Below are positions 1 through 9,663 of a DNA stretch of 64,000 bases, piece after piece. This DNA is from a virus, in IMG/VR virus record IMGVR_UViG_3300020455_000892, positions 1 through 64,000 of that record. One strand, given 5' to 3'. Position numbers and translations under genes: made by a program. The notes beneath the pieces are model-generated. The model saw nothing but the letters and a program-made list of their open reading frames with translations. It searched no databases and was not told where the DNA came from. Within the stretch, counting starts at the first letter, position 1. Each line of letters begins with the position of its first letter.

Positions 1-629
1 ATATCAACAGGATCAAGTCCTAGTGCCGCCATTGCTTTAGGTGTATGCGGATTTTGTTTTTGATAGTGACAGTATCTGTTTTGTTTACGTTTAATTTGAT
101 CTACATCTAATGTATTACTAGTGTATTTAGGTAGTTCTTCAAAGTACATGTCTAAATTATCCAATGCCATAGTTACAACTTGGTCCATTTCATCTACTTT
201 TACATTACTTGCGGCTACCATATGTTTACTGAATATAGCTTGAGCCCAAGGAGGAAGTTCACGTTGTTTTTTCCATTCTAAATCTTGCACACAATCTCTA
301 AACAAATGACACATAGAATGTTCCCAATCTACAGTAGGTGAATAGTCATGGAAAGCACCAGTAACTTTGTTTTTACCTGCTATAATATCAAATCCATATA
401 TAGGTGCATCATTATTAAATTTTGGGAACACACATATATGAGTCATATATAAACCTTTTGAGTCTCTAGCATCTACACTGTCTATATGAGCTCGTCTAAA
501 ATGCTCTCCTTCGTACACTTTGTTAAGCCAATCAAACTCTGGATCATCAAAATTTTCTGTACCTAAACTAGCACATTTTCCAATAATCTTTTGTTCGCAA
601 TCAATAAGTTTATCCCATATTTCACTCAT
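1..629 (-). CDS. pcyX: Ferredoxin-dependent bilin reductase, PcyX/PcyA-like (3' end runs off the window; missing from the ORF track)
   Basis: Manual translation from ATG at 629: [16 protein letters not shown]...[26 protein letters not shown]...[23 protein letters not shown]...[12 protein letters not shown]...[23 protein letters not shown]. These are FDBR family motifs. The start overlaps the hemA stop (ATGA). Confidence 0.88.
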   Translation of the reverse strand, partial: MSEIWDKLIDCEQKIIGKCASLGTENFDDPEFDWLNKVYEGEHFRRAHIDSVDARDSKGLYMTHICVFPKFNNDAPIYGFDIIAGKNKVTGAFHDYSPTVDWEHSMCHLFRDCVQDLEWKKQRELPPWAQAIFSKHMVAASNVKVDEMDQVVTMALDNLDMYFEELPKYTSNTLDVDQIKRKQNRYCHYQKQNPHTPKAMAALGLDPVD

Positions 630-1810
630 AATACTTCCTCTAATCGTTCTGCTAAATCACTAATCATAGCGTTACTGTGCATTGGTGTAGGTGCAAATCT
701 CAAACGTTCTGTGCCTTCAGGCACTGTTGGATAGTTAATCGGCTGTACATAAATGTTATGATCATTTAGTAATGTATCACTTATTTGTTTACAACGAACT
801 GGATCTCCTACTATTACAGGCACAATATGTGTGTCGTTTTCAATCATGTTTATGTTTTTGTGTCTTAGTATTTTCTTTAGTCTTGTTGCACGATTTTGAT
901 GTTGTTCACGGAGTTCAACTCCATGCTCACTACGCAAATATTTTATACTGCTCAATGCTCCTGCACATATAACCGGACTCATGCTTGTGGTAAAAATAAA
1001 ACCACTTGCTACACTTCTAATTGCATCTATAGCAACATCATCTCCTGCAACATAACCACCTTGACAGCCAAATGCTTTGCCTAGTGTACCATTTACGAAG
1101 TCTACTTGGTCTTGTAAGCCAAGTAGTTCTAAATAGCCAGCACCAGTAGTGCCATATAATCCAACAGCATGTACTTCATCACAATATGTAATAGCTTGAT
1201 ATTCTTCAGCAAGTGCAACTATTTCTTTTGCTTTGCTTGTAAAACCATCCATGCTGTATACACTTTCAAACACAATACAAGCTGTACCTTGTACTTGTTC
1301 TAGTACTTGTTCTAAACTATCCATGTCGTTGTGTTCGAATACATGTTTAGGTGCACCACTGTGTCTGATTCCTTGTATAAGACTAGCATGGTTTTTACTA
1401 TCACTTACAAACTCAATGTCTTTTACTATCTTACTAAGTGCTATTAGTGTCCATTCGTTGGCAACATAAGCACTGGAGTATAACAAAGACGACGGCTTGT
1501 TGTGTAATTTCGACAGTTCGTATTCTAGTGCAACATGATAATGACTGGTACCACCTATGTTTCTGGTACCTCCACTACCTGCTCCTGTTTGATCTAGTGC
1601 AGTATGCATAGCATCTAATACAACTTTGTGTTGGCCCATGCCCAAATAGTCATTGCTACACCAGTTAACAATGTTTTTTATATTGTAAGGGCCGTAGTAA
1701 ATTGCTTGTGGATACTCTCCACGTTCTCTAAGTATATCGTTGAATACCCTGTAATTACCACTACTCTTTAAGTTGCTTATAATGTCTTGAAACTTGTTTT
1801 TTTCTATCAT
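626..1810 (-). CDS. hemA: 5-aminolevulinate synthase (PLP-dependent, Shemin/C4 pathway)
   Basis: Motifs [37 protein letters not shown] (PLP lysine), [17 protein letters not shown]. Probable start MIEKNKF at 1810; the ORF track extends to 1855. Confidence 0.95.
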   Translation of the reverse strand: MIEKNKFQDIISNLKSSGNYRVFNDILRERGEYPQAIYYGPYNIKNIVNWCSNDYLGMGQHKVVLDAMHTALDQTGAGSGGTRNIGGTSHYHVALEYELSKLHNKPSSLLYSSAYVANEWTLIALSKIVKDIEFVSDSKNHASLIQGIRHSGAPKHVFEHNDMDSLEQVLEQVQGTACIVFESVYSMDGFTSKAKEIVALAEEYQAITYCDEVHAVGLYGTTGAGYLELLGLQDQVDFVNGTLGKAFGCQGGYVAGDDVAIDAIRSVASGFIFTTSMSPVICAGALSSIKYLRSEHGVELREQHQNRATRLKKILRHKNINMIENDTHIVPVIVGDPVRCKQISDTLLNDHNIYVQPINYPTVPEGTERLRFAPTPMHSNAMISDLAERLEEVL

Positions 1811-1946
1811 GATATTCTTTATACATTTCTTTGTCGACATATGTGTAAGATCCAAACCAAGTACCTAACGTAAAATAACCCATTTTGTTCATTTCTTCAG
1901 TAGCGGCTTGGTAATCTTTAATCCATTCTTTAATGTACTTTAACAT
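1761..1946 (-). CDS. Small hypothetical protein (61 aa), probably leaderless, overlapping the hemA start
   Basis: [25 protein letters not shown]...; ATG lies 5 nt downstream of a perfect TATAAATA box. Confidence 0.5.
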   Translation of the reverse strand: MLKYIKEWIKDYQAATEEMNKMGYFTLGTWFGSYTYVDKEMYKEYHDRKKQVSRHYKQLKE

Positions 1947-1951
1947 AATTA

Positions 1952-1959
1952 TATTTATA
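1952..1959 (-). promoter_or_regulatory. T4-late-like promoter TATAAATA for small ORF-hemA-pcyX
   Basis: Exact T4 gp55 late consensus on the minus strand. Confidence 0.65.
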
Positions 1960-1966
1960 GTTAATC

Positions 1967-1995
1967 TTGACAAGAAAGATTTTTTACTATATACT
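1967..1995 (+). promoter_or_regulatory. sigma70-type promoter for the heptose operon
   Basis: TTGACA-17 nt-TATACT, followed by AGGAG RBS before ATG 2017. Confidence 0.8.
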
Positions 1996-2016
1996 GTTAC
2001 AAAATAGGAGTCAACT

Positions 2017-2886
2017 ATGCATATCGTTACGGGTGCGGCTGGATTTGTAGGTAGTAATCTAGTTGCATATTTAAACAAACAAGGACATGATGATGTGTTG
2101 TTAGTGGATAATCTATCTATGGATAAAACAAAAAACATTGCAGGATTAATTTTTGAAGACTTTATTAGTCCCAACGAATTGTTAGATATGCATATAGATA
2201 AAAGTGATACTGTATGGCATATAGGTGCTAACAGTAGCACAAAAGAAACAGATTGGCAAAAAATATACACAAGTAATGTTGTATATACTAGACAATTATT
2301 GGAAAAATGTAACACAATGGTTTTTGCTAGCAGTGCCAGTGTTTATGGTGACAATATAACTACACAAGAGCACCCAGTTAATGAATCTCCTAAAAATTTA
2401 TATGCCAGTAGTAAGTTAATATGTGATAATATTTTTAGAAACACCATTGGCTGTAAAGTACAAAGTTGGAGATTCTTCAATGTGTATGGAAATAGAGAAG
2501 GTCACAAACAAGCTATAGGAATGGGCAGTCCGTATACAAACTTCATAAAGCAAGCAAAAGATACAGGTGTAATTAAGATATTCGAAGGTAGTGATAAAGT
2601 ACAACGTGACTTTATTTGTGTTGATGATGTGGTACATATAATGTATGAAAGTTTAACATACAATGATAGTTTTATTTGTAACTTAGGTACAGGAACAACT
2701 AATACTTTTGAGTATTGGGCAAAACTTATTGCTAGTCATTATAATGCAGTGATCGAATATATTCCTGTGCCTGATGATCTCAAAGGCATTTATCAAATGT
2801 ATACTTGTAGTAACAATGAACAGTTAGAGACACTTATAAATCATAAATTTATAACACCTGATGAATTTGTTGAGGCTAATTTGTGA
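2017..2886 (+). CDS. hldD: ADP-L-glycero-D-manno-heptose 6-epimerase
   Basis: IVTGAAGFVGSNLV, GANSSTKE, ASSASVYG, YASSK, RFFNVYG.REGHK, RDFICVDDV, YQMYTC. Confidence 0.88.
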   Translation: MHIVTGAAGFVGSNLVAYLNKQGHDDVLLVDNLSMDKTKNIAGLIFEDFISPNELLDMHIDKSDTVWHIGANSSTKETDWQKIYTSNVVYTRQLLEKCNTMVFASSASVYGDNITTQEHPVNESPKNLYASSKLICDNIFRNTIGCKVQSWRFFNVYGNREGHKQAIGMGSPYTNFIKQAKDTGVIKIFEGSDKVQRDFICVDDVVHIMYESLTYNDSFICNLGTGTTNTFEYWAKLIASHYNAVIEYIPVPDDLKGIYQMYTCSNNEQLETLINHKFITPDEFVEANL

Positions 2887-4067
2887 TTGTAGTAATTGGT
2901 GATATTATTATAGATGAATATGTTTATGGTACAAGCACACGCCTTAGTCCAGAAGCACCAGTGCCTGTTGTAAAACACCAAAAGACAGAACGTAAATTAG
3001 GTGGAGCAGGAAATGTTTACAATAACATAAAAAGCCTGTTTGAAACTACAAATCTAAGTTATCCAAATGATGTAACACTTATTGGTTATAGAAATGATAC
3101 TACAGATTGGCCCGTAGAACTATTTTGTACACATATGCCACTAAAGCAAAGAATTTATGCTGACAAACACTATATTACTAGAATTGATAGAGAACAAACA
3201 ATAGACAATAGCACATTGTTTGATTATGTAAAAGAACGTGTACATAACTGTACAGTGGTAATAAGCGATTACAACAAAGGTACCATACAAGATCCGCAAC
3301 GTTTAATAAAGATACTCAAAGATAATCACTGTTATGTAATTGTCGACCCTAAACAACATTTAGATTTATATGCAGGTGCTGATGTAATCAAACCCAATAA
3401 AAAAGAATATGAAGAATATAATAATGGTGTTGATACTAATATGGTTGTAACAATGGGTGCAGATGGTTATATGATAAATGATGTACACTATCCAACACAA
3501 CAACAAGATGTATATGATGTTACAGGTGCAGGTGATACATTTTTAGCAGTGATGTCATACTTTTTAGACATGGGTGAAAGTTTAGAGTTTGCCTGTGAGA
3601 TGGCTAACAAAGGTGCTGGTGTAAGTGTACAACACAATGGTGTTTACGTTGTTGCTTGGAAGGATTTGGATCCTCGCCCTACAGTTGTGTTTACAAATGG
3701 ATGTTTTGATTTACTGCACCGAGGACATGTTGAAATGCTAAAAGCAAGTAAAGCACTCGGAGGGCATCTTGTAGTAGGATTAAATACTGATGCTAGCGTT
3801 AAGAGATTAAAAGGCGATACTAGACCAATTAACAACGAAACTGATAGAAAAGTTGTGCTTGAAAGTTTGGATTTTGTTGACGAAGTAATATTATTTGATG
3901 AAGATACTCCACAAAAATTAATAGAAAGAATACGTCCGGATATTATTACAAAAGGTGGAGACTATACTGTAGATACTGTGGTTGGAAATGAGCTTGCAAA
4001 AGTTGTAATAATACCAACAGTAGAAAACCAAAGCACAACAAATACAATCAAAAGGATGGCATTATGA
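2883..4067 (+). CDS. hldE: Bifunctional heptose-7-phosphate kinase / heptose-1-phosphate adenylyltransferase
   Basis: RLSPEAPVPVV, GGAGNV, SDYNKG, DVTGAGDTF (PfkB domain); FTNGCFDLLHRGH, GLNTDASVKRLKG.RP, KGGDY (cytidylyltransferase-like domain). Confidence 0.93.
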   Translation: MIVVIGDIIIDEYVYGTSTRLSPEAPVPVVKHQKTERKLGGAGNVYNNIKSLFETTNLSYPNDVTLIGYRNDTTDWPVELFCTHMPLKQRIYADKHYITRIDREQTIDNSTLFDYVKERVHNCTVVISDYNKGTIQDPQRLIKILKDNHCYVIVDPKQHLDLYAGADVIKPNKKEYEEYNNGVDTNMVVTMGADGYMINDVHYPTQQQDVYDVTGAGDTFLAVMSYFLDMGESLEFACEMANKGAGVSVQHNGVYVVAWKDLDPRPTVVFTNGCFDLLHRGHVEMLKASKALGGHLVVGLNTDASVKRLKGDTRPINNETDRKVVLESLDFVDEVILFDEDTPQKLIERIRPDIITKGGDYTVDTVVGNELAKVVIIPTVENQSTTNTIKRMAL

Positions 4068-4432
4068 CACGATTAAAAGGTGAACAACAGAAAGGCTGGG
4101 GTAAAGAACTTATATTTGCAACTACCGACAAGTATTGTGGTAAACTAATGTTCTTCGACAAGAAAGGTGCAAAATTTAGTATGCACTTTCATAAAGAAAA
4201 AGATGAAAGTTGGTATGTTTTAAACGGTAGTTTTACCTTACACACACTAGATACAAAAACAGCAGATATGGAAACACATATTCTCACAAAAGGAGAAACT
4301 TGGCGTAATACCCCTTTATTACCTCATCAGCTTATAGCTATGGAAGATAACAGTATTATAATTGAAGTAAGCACACCAGATAGTGTGGAAGACAATTATC
4401 GTATTTTCAAAGGAGATAGTCAAAGTGAGTAA
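4064..4432 (+). CDS. Cupin-fold protein (sugar isomerase-like)
   Basis: KGWGKELIF...YCGKL...SMHFHKEKDESWYV...PHQL...EVSTPD: two-motif cupin signature. Confidence 0.75.
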   Translation: MTRLKGEQQKGWGKELIFATTDKYCGKLMFFDKKGAKFSMHFHKEKDESWYVLNGSFTLHTLDTKTADMETHILTKGETWRNTPLLPHQLIAMEDNSIIIEVSTPDSVEDNYRIFKGDSQSE

Positions 4433-5180
4433 TCTTTGGGTATTCGGTGATAGTTTTGTAAGTGATAAAAATCATTGGTATTATTACAATGAACGAGGCG
4501 GCGAATGGAAATGTCCTGATTGGCATTGGCCTAGACAACTTTGTACTAAACTAGGCACTGAATATGTAGCAGGTGCTAGTTTGCCAGGAGTAAGTAATGA
4601 GTGGATTGGATACCAAATAAGTCAATATCTAAACAAAAACAAATTTAGAAAAGATGATTACATTGTAGTGGTAAGCACAAGTATTCACAGAAGATGGCTA
4701 CTCAAAGAGCCTAGTTTAGGAAATTTGTATGTAAACAATTTAGATAAGTTATTACCTAAAAGAACTTTCAAAGCAGTAGAATTGTATCAAGAAGAATTTA
4801 CTGAGCAACATGAAAAGTGTAGTGAGATTTACTATGAGTGGTTTCTAACATGGGTTAGAGAAATTTTAAAACCTTACAAATTTTGTTTACTACCTGGATT
4901 TGATAGCACTAGGTTACATCATGTACCCAATGACTGGGGTATGGTGCAAGCTGAAGAAGCAGAATTTAAGAACCGTGCTGATGATAAATGGATGCAAGAA
5001 AAAATATGGAACGGATCAGATAAAAGATTAGGACATTTTAGTAGATGCAATCATGACATATTATCAGATAAAATAACAAAATACTTTAGAACAGGTGAAC
5101 TGGTTAACTTTCAAACAGATTTTAAACAGTCACTTTTTACTTGTGAGCAAGATTTAATAGACTACAAAATAGAATTATAA
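4425..5180 (+). CDS. SGNH/GDSL-like hypothetical protein
   Basis: LWVFGDSF, G.SNEWI, GHFSRCNH. Probable GTG start at 4425 behind AGGAG. Confidence 0.55.
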   Translation: MSNLWVFGDSFVSDKNHWYYYNERGGEWKCPDWHWPRQLCTKLGTEYVAGASLPGVSNEWIGYQISQYLNKNKFRKDDYIVVVSTSIHRRWLLKEPSLGNLYVNNLDKLLPKRTFKAVELYQEEFTEQHEKCSEIYYEWFLTWVREILKPYKFCLLPGFDSTRLHHVPNDWGMVQAEEAEFKNRADDKWMQEKIWNGSDKRLGHFSRCNHDILSDKITKYFRTGELVNFQTDFKQSLFTCEQDLIDYKIEL

Positions 5181-6013
5181 GGAAACTTTCCTTCATATTT
5201 GCTACACCTAGGTTGTGCAGTACATTCTCTACAATGTGGTAATCTAATGTTCTCCCCATTCTTTGTTGTATTGTTTCCGTCATATGCATAACCATTTGCG
5301 TCCCATTGCATGTTGTTTACTTTGTGCATATCACCTACAGTGGTAACACTGTCAACAACTTTTTGATCAACTTCAGGATGAACATTTTTGTGCCAATAAC
5401 TAATTACACTTGGTATCTTTTTGCTATCGTATTTGCCTTTTGATGTTGTTCCAAAAAATATAAAATTTTCACAAGCACCTCCATCTAGCCATGCTTTGTC
5501 ATTCTTTTCGTTATAGTGTATTGCTTGAGCTGGGCAAGCGTTAATACAATCATAACAGCCAGTACATTTTTTCCACATGTTGTGTTGAATTTTTTTACTT
5601 TTATTAGGTATGTTAATAATTTCTGTTTTAAATCCTACCATTGCAAAATGACAATCAAAACCAAATTTATAACTGTATACTAATGTATTTCTTGCTCTTA
5701 CTCCTAGTCCACTTAGTATAGCCGCTTCTTTATAATTGGTATACATAGGATACCAACCAAATATTTTACTTTGTTTAATTGTATCGAGTATTTCCTTGTA
5801 AAAACTATAGTCCCAACTTTCTCCAAATTTACACATAACAATTCCGTGTGTTATGTCAGGAAAATGAATACCATTTGTAAAATCTCTACCAAATACATGG
5901 TACTTGGCTTTTACAGGAGACATACTGGCTTGAAAAGTATCTTCGCGTGACAAGTATGCCATATCCCATGTATCATCAAATAAACTTCGAAACTCATCGA
6001 AATCAACTGACAT
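5162..6013 (-). CDS. 4Fe-4S protein, epoxyqueuosine reductase (QueG)-like
   Basis: KEAAILSGLG..ARNTL...FG, CTGCYDCINACPAQAI, second cluster C...CRECT...C. Confidence 0.65.
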   Translation of the reverse strand: MSVDFDEFRSLFDDTWDMAYLSREDTFQASMSPVKAKYHVFGRDFTNGIHFPDITHGIVMCKFGESWDYSFYKEILDTIKQSKIFGWYPMYTNYKEAAILSGLGVRARNTLVYSYKFGFDCHFAMVGFKTEIINIPNKSKKIQHNMWKKCTGCYDCINACPAQAIHYNEKNDKAWLDGGACENFIFFGTTSKGKYDSKKIPSVISYWHKNVHPEVDQKVVDSVTTVGDMHKVNNMQWDANGYAYDGNNTTKNGENIRLPHCRECTAQPRCSKYEGKFPYNSIL

Positions 6014-6668
6014 CTTTAGCTATCTCAATGTAGTAAACAAAGTCTGCATGTGTAACACTTTTACTGACATTTGTAATTTTTAAATTATTTTTATGTATCA
6101 TATCTGAAAATGTTTCTGGTGTACTACCTGTAATGTTTTCCATTAACATTATTTTACCATCTTCTGTCAGATACTCATTTACATTATCAAAAAAGTTTCG
6201 GTGAATGTTCCAATCTAAATCTCTCATCTTTCTTGGTTCGTGTTCTTTTACTGTAAGGTCATCTCTATAGTCCGGAACAGTAAAATTAAAATGAGGAGGA
6301 TTTGCTATGATAAGATCAAATTTTTGTTTTGGAATATTTTTAAAATTATCTGACAGATAAAATTCGCAGTCTAAGTTATTAACTTGTAGGCTGTTTAATA
6401 TTACTGACTGTGCATGTTCACTTATATCACTGAAACTTATTTGTTTTGTAAGTTTAGAATGTAGTGCTGAAAACCCAAAATATCCAGGTCCACAACACCA
6501 TTCTAATGCATTTTCAAATTGTCGACCTTGAGCAAAATGAAGAAAGCAACTAATAGCATCTTTTACAGTTAATGCACCATATCCGTCAGTCTCTTGATTA
6601 GTGATTACAGTATAGTTGCCGACTTTTATACTATTCGATAAAGTTTCCAAAATATAATAACTTTCCAA
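6003..6668 (-). CDS. Class I SAM-dependent methyltransferase (HemK/MTS-like)
   Basis: LEWCCGPGYFG (motif I) and FDLIIANPPHF (NPPx motif). Confidence 0.8.
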   Translation of the reverse strand: MESYYILETLSNSIKVGNYTVITNQETDGYGALTVKDAISCFLHFAQGRQFENALEWCCGPGYFGFSALHSKLTKQISFSDISEHAQSVILNSLQVNNLDCEFYLSDNFKNIPKQKFDLIIANPPHFNFTVPDYRDDLTVKEHEPRKMRDLDWNIHRNFFDNVNEYLTEDGKIMLMENITGSTPETFSDMIHKNNLKITNVSKSVTHADFVYYIEIAKDVS

Positions 6669-8466
6669 ATTCAGGTAGATATAGATATTCTATATCACTT
6701 TGTTGCAAAGTATTAAATGCATCTTGTAAGGTTTCTACCAACGGTTCACCTCCTAAATTAAAACTTGTATTAAACACAATAGGAACACCTGTTTGTTTTT
6801 TAAATTCTTTAATAAAGTTATAATAGTTAGGATTTTCTTCCTCAGTAACAGTCTGGATTCTACAAGTCCCATCTACATGAATGATACAAGGTATTTTTTC
6901 AGCAACTCCTTCTTGACAGTTAACTGCATACATCATATGTGGTGTATCTTCCATGCCTCGCAAGTCAAACCATTCGTGTACATCTTCTGCTAGAATAGTG
7001 CCTGCAAAAGGTCTAAAATATTCTCTATTTTTAACTGTGTTAACATGATCCTTTCCTTTTGGATCTCTCGGATCATAAAGTATACTTCTATTACCTAATG
7101 CTCTTGGACCACTTTCACTGCGTCCTTGAAACATAGCTACAATATTTTTTTCAGTAATAAGTTTTACTACATCACTTTGACTTGCATCAGACATTTGACA
7201 ATCAAATTCAGCAACAAGTTCATCTATATCACTCTGTTCGTAACTGTATTCAGGTCCTAGATAAATGTCACGTCCTCTACGCATTTCGTCTCTGCTTGCT
7301 TCATGATATCCCCAAAGGGCCGCTCCAATAGCAGTACCAGCATCACTACTAATTGGCTCAACATAAAGGTTTATTCCTTCTTCTTTAACCTTTTCTAAGA
7401 AGCTATAATTTGCTACACAATTCAAAGCATAACCTCCCGTAAGAACAACATTTTTCTTATCAGCTAGTTTACTTGCAGTAAGAATGTAATCTAATGCTTT
7501 TACTTGTGTTGCTTGTTGTACTGCATAAGCTAAATCTCTTCGACTAGTTTCTTTAGATACGTCATGATCCGGATTCATCCAAGGTACATTTAGTTCTGGA
7601 TACAACTGCATATTTACTTGAGCACTATTAGGATATGTTGGTATGATAACATTTGCATTACTAAGAGAAAAAGGAGTATGTGGATCAATTAAAGGCGGAA
7701 TAGCTGGATTTTCTTTTCCATAAGGAAATAAGCCCATTGTTTTGCCTGCTTCGATAGCTTGAAATCCACAGTATTGTGTTACTGCTTCATAACATTTTAC
7801 TAGACCAGCTCTATTGGAAATTAAACAAGTGTAATTATTATCTAGTTCTCCAAACTCTTCACCGCTTCTATTAAAAACCAATTGAGTAGTTGCTGGATCA
7901 CGTGTGCCAAAATGTTTAAATTTTGAATTAAATTCAGCAGGATATTCACAATCAATTATTGATTCAACTTCCCAAATTGCATGAGGAGTATCTTCTGAGA
8001 AAGTATCATTTTTCCAAGAGGCTGAAAGTACAGAGCCTGCTCCATCAATTACAACTGCAACTGCATTATCAAATCCACTTCTATAAAAAGCACATGCGGC
8101 ATGTACTTTGTGATGTTGTCTGGACAAATCAGTAAACTGTGGATGATCCCACAAGTTTACTTTTCTATCAATTAGTCCCAGCTTCCTACATAGACCCGAA
8201 TATATGTTATCGCCTGTATAGTCAACTATCAAGTCAGGTTCAGATTCTAATGTTCTAGTATGTGATAGATAAACATGATCTACTTTGTCTGTGTATTTTA
8301 ATACTTCAGTAATGCCTGCCATTGGCATTCCGTCATATTTTGTTCTGGTAAGTCTTTCTTCTTCTATATTAAAAACTATCTTTCCGTCTTTAAGTAGACA
8401 TACACTTGAGTTATGTCCTCGGCTTATGCCTAAAATATAGCCAGATTCATATCGTTTTTTATACAT
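6631..8466 (-). CDS. Carbamoyltransferase (NodU/CmcH family)
   Basis: GHNSS, EEERLTR.K, HHKVHA, DGAG, GKTMGL, GGYALNCVAN, DAGTAIGAA, GPRALGNRS, REYFRPFA, HVDGTCRIQTV, NTSFN. Confidence 0.93.
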   Translation of the reverse strand: MYKKRYESGYILGISRGHNSSVCLLKDGKIVFNIEEERLTRTKYDGMPMAGITEVLKYTDKVDHVYLSHTRTLESEPDLIVDYTGDNIYSGLCRKLGLIDRKVNLWDHPQFTDLSRQHHKVHAACAFYRSGFDNAVAVVIDGAGSVLSASWKNDTFSEDTPHAIWEVESIIDCEYPAEFNSKFKHFGTRDPATTQLVFNRSGEEFGELDNNYTCLISNRAGLVKCYEAVTQYCGFQAIEAGKTMGLFPYGKENPAIPPLIDPHTPFSLSNANVIIPTYPNSAQVNMQLYPELNVPWMNPDHDVSKETSRRDLAYAVQQATQVKALDYILTASKLADKKNVVLTGGYALNCVANYSFLEKVKEEGINLYVEPISSDAGTAIGAALWGYHEASRDEMRRGRDIYLGPEYSYEQSDIDELVAEFDCQMSDASQSDVVKLITEKNIVAMFQGRSESGPRALGNRSILYDPRDPKGKDHVNTVKNREYFRPFAGTILAEDVHEWFDLRGMEDTPHMMYAVNCQEGVAEKIPCIIHVDGTCRIQTVTEEENPNYYNFIKEFKKQTGVPIVFNTSFNLGGEPLVETLQDAFNTLQQSDIEYLYLPEFGKLLYFGNFIE

Positions 8467-8476
8467 ATTTTCTCCG

Positions 8477-9562
8477 TTATCTTTTACGTCTTTTAGATCT
8501 TTTAGAATCGTTGTTTTGTATATTCAAATAATTTTGAAAATTTTGTGTCAATGGCTTTTGATGTACAACTCCGTGTGTAGGACATACATCACCTTGATTA
8601 GGATTTGCCAATGGTAATTGTTGCGGTGCTTTGTTTTTTGGCTTGCCTAACTTTTTAATTACACTACTGATTATTTCATCAAACACATCATCTTCAAAAA
8701 TCATCAAGTCTTCGTTGTCACGTTCTAATGCCCAATCCATTGTAACTCTAAAAGGCATGTACTGTCTTTTTTCTTTACCTGCATCAATTACTGTAAAATC
8801 TTTATTTCCAGGATATGTAATGTTTTCTGGAAAAGTACTTCCTATAACTACTGTGGCTGGTTTTCCTAGTGCATGAGCATAATGTTGTCCCATACTATCA
8901 CATCCAACAAAGTAATCACATGCATTGATAATACCCATCCACTGCAATAAGTTAGTATCATTTGGAATAACTACACTGGCATTTGGTTTCTCAGGTGGAG
9001 GAAGTTGTATTGTACTCATAATAACTACTGCATAATGTTCTGTCAGTTTATCTATAGTTCTATACACATCTCTTAGCTCAAAACTTCTACCACTACTATC
9101 ATATATAAATCTTCCGTCTTGTTTTGCTCCAGAACCAAAAGGTTGAAACACTACAATTTTTTCTTTGCCTGTTTGCATTTTTATTTTGTCACACATAGAA
9201 TGACCATGTATTTGATCTACCTTGTTTATATCTAAGTTAATAGCTTTGCTTTCAGGCATTTCGGTATGATCATTTACAAGCATATCAAATGCTTGTATCA
9301 TATTACAACGTTGATTAAAGTATGCATTAAGTCTATATGGTTCTGGACTTATAAGCTCTGTGTCTCTAATTTTTTCCCACAAACCTTTTGCACCTAAGGG
9401 CCATACGTTGTGTCTAAGATTTTTGTTAACAAGAAACAATTCGTTCCATGCTTCAGCAATAATAACAACATCTTTATCTACATTTTGTTGATACCATTCA
9501 AGTCCAGGCAATGAGCATAACACTCTGCCAGCCCCGCCGTTAATAAAAAAGGATTTTTTCAT
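8477..9562 (-). CDS. Glycosyltransferase, GT9/heptosyltransferase-like
   Basis: N-terminal GGAGRVLCS; VFQPFGSG; C-terminal GT9-type FVGCDSMGQHYAHALGKPATVVIG. Confidence 0.7.
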   Translation of the reverse strand: MKKSFFINGGAGRVLCSLPGLEWYQQNVDKDVVIIAEAWNELFLVNKNLRHNVWPLGAKGLWEKIRDTELISPEPYRLNAYFNQRCNMIQAFDMLVNDHTEMPESKAINLDINKVDQIHGHSMCDKIKMQTGKEKIVVFQPFGSGAKQDGRFIYDSSGRSFELRDVYRTIDKLTEHYAVVIMSTIQLPPPEKPNASVVIPNDTNLLQWMGIINACDYFVGCDSMGQHYAHALGKPATVVIGSTFPENITYPGNKDFTVIDAGKEKRQYMPFRVTMDWALERDNEDLMIFEDDVFDEIISSVIKKLGKPKNKAPQQLPLANPNQGDVCPTHGVVHQKPLTQNFQNYLNIQNNDSKRSKRRKR

Positions 9563-9616
9563 ATGATTCTTTCATCGCGTTTATATAAATGCTCGTACAT
9601 ATAGTACTATATATCT

Positions 9617-9645
9617 ATAATAAACTACGCAGTTTAAAATGTCAA
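9617..9645 (-). promoter_or_regulatory. sigma70-type promoter for the GT-carbamoyltransferase-MTase-FeS operon
   Basis: TTGACA-17 nt-TATTAT. Confidence 0.7.
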
Positions 9646-9663
9646 TGATTTTTTAAGAAAAGA

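Noticed and set aside
1947-2315. N-terminal extension of the 184 aa minus ORF
   Set aside because: Overlaps hldD antisense and both promoters; only the part from ATG 1946 is credible.
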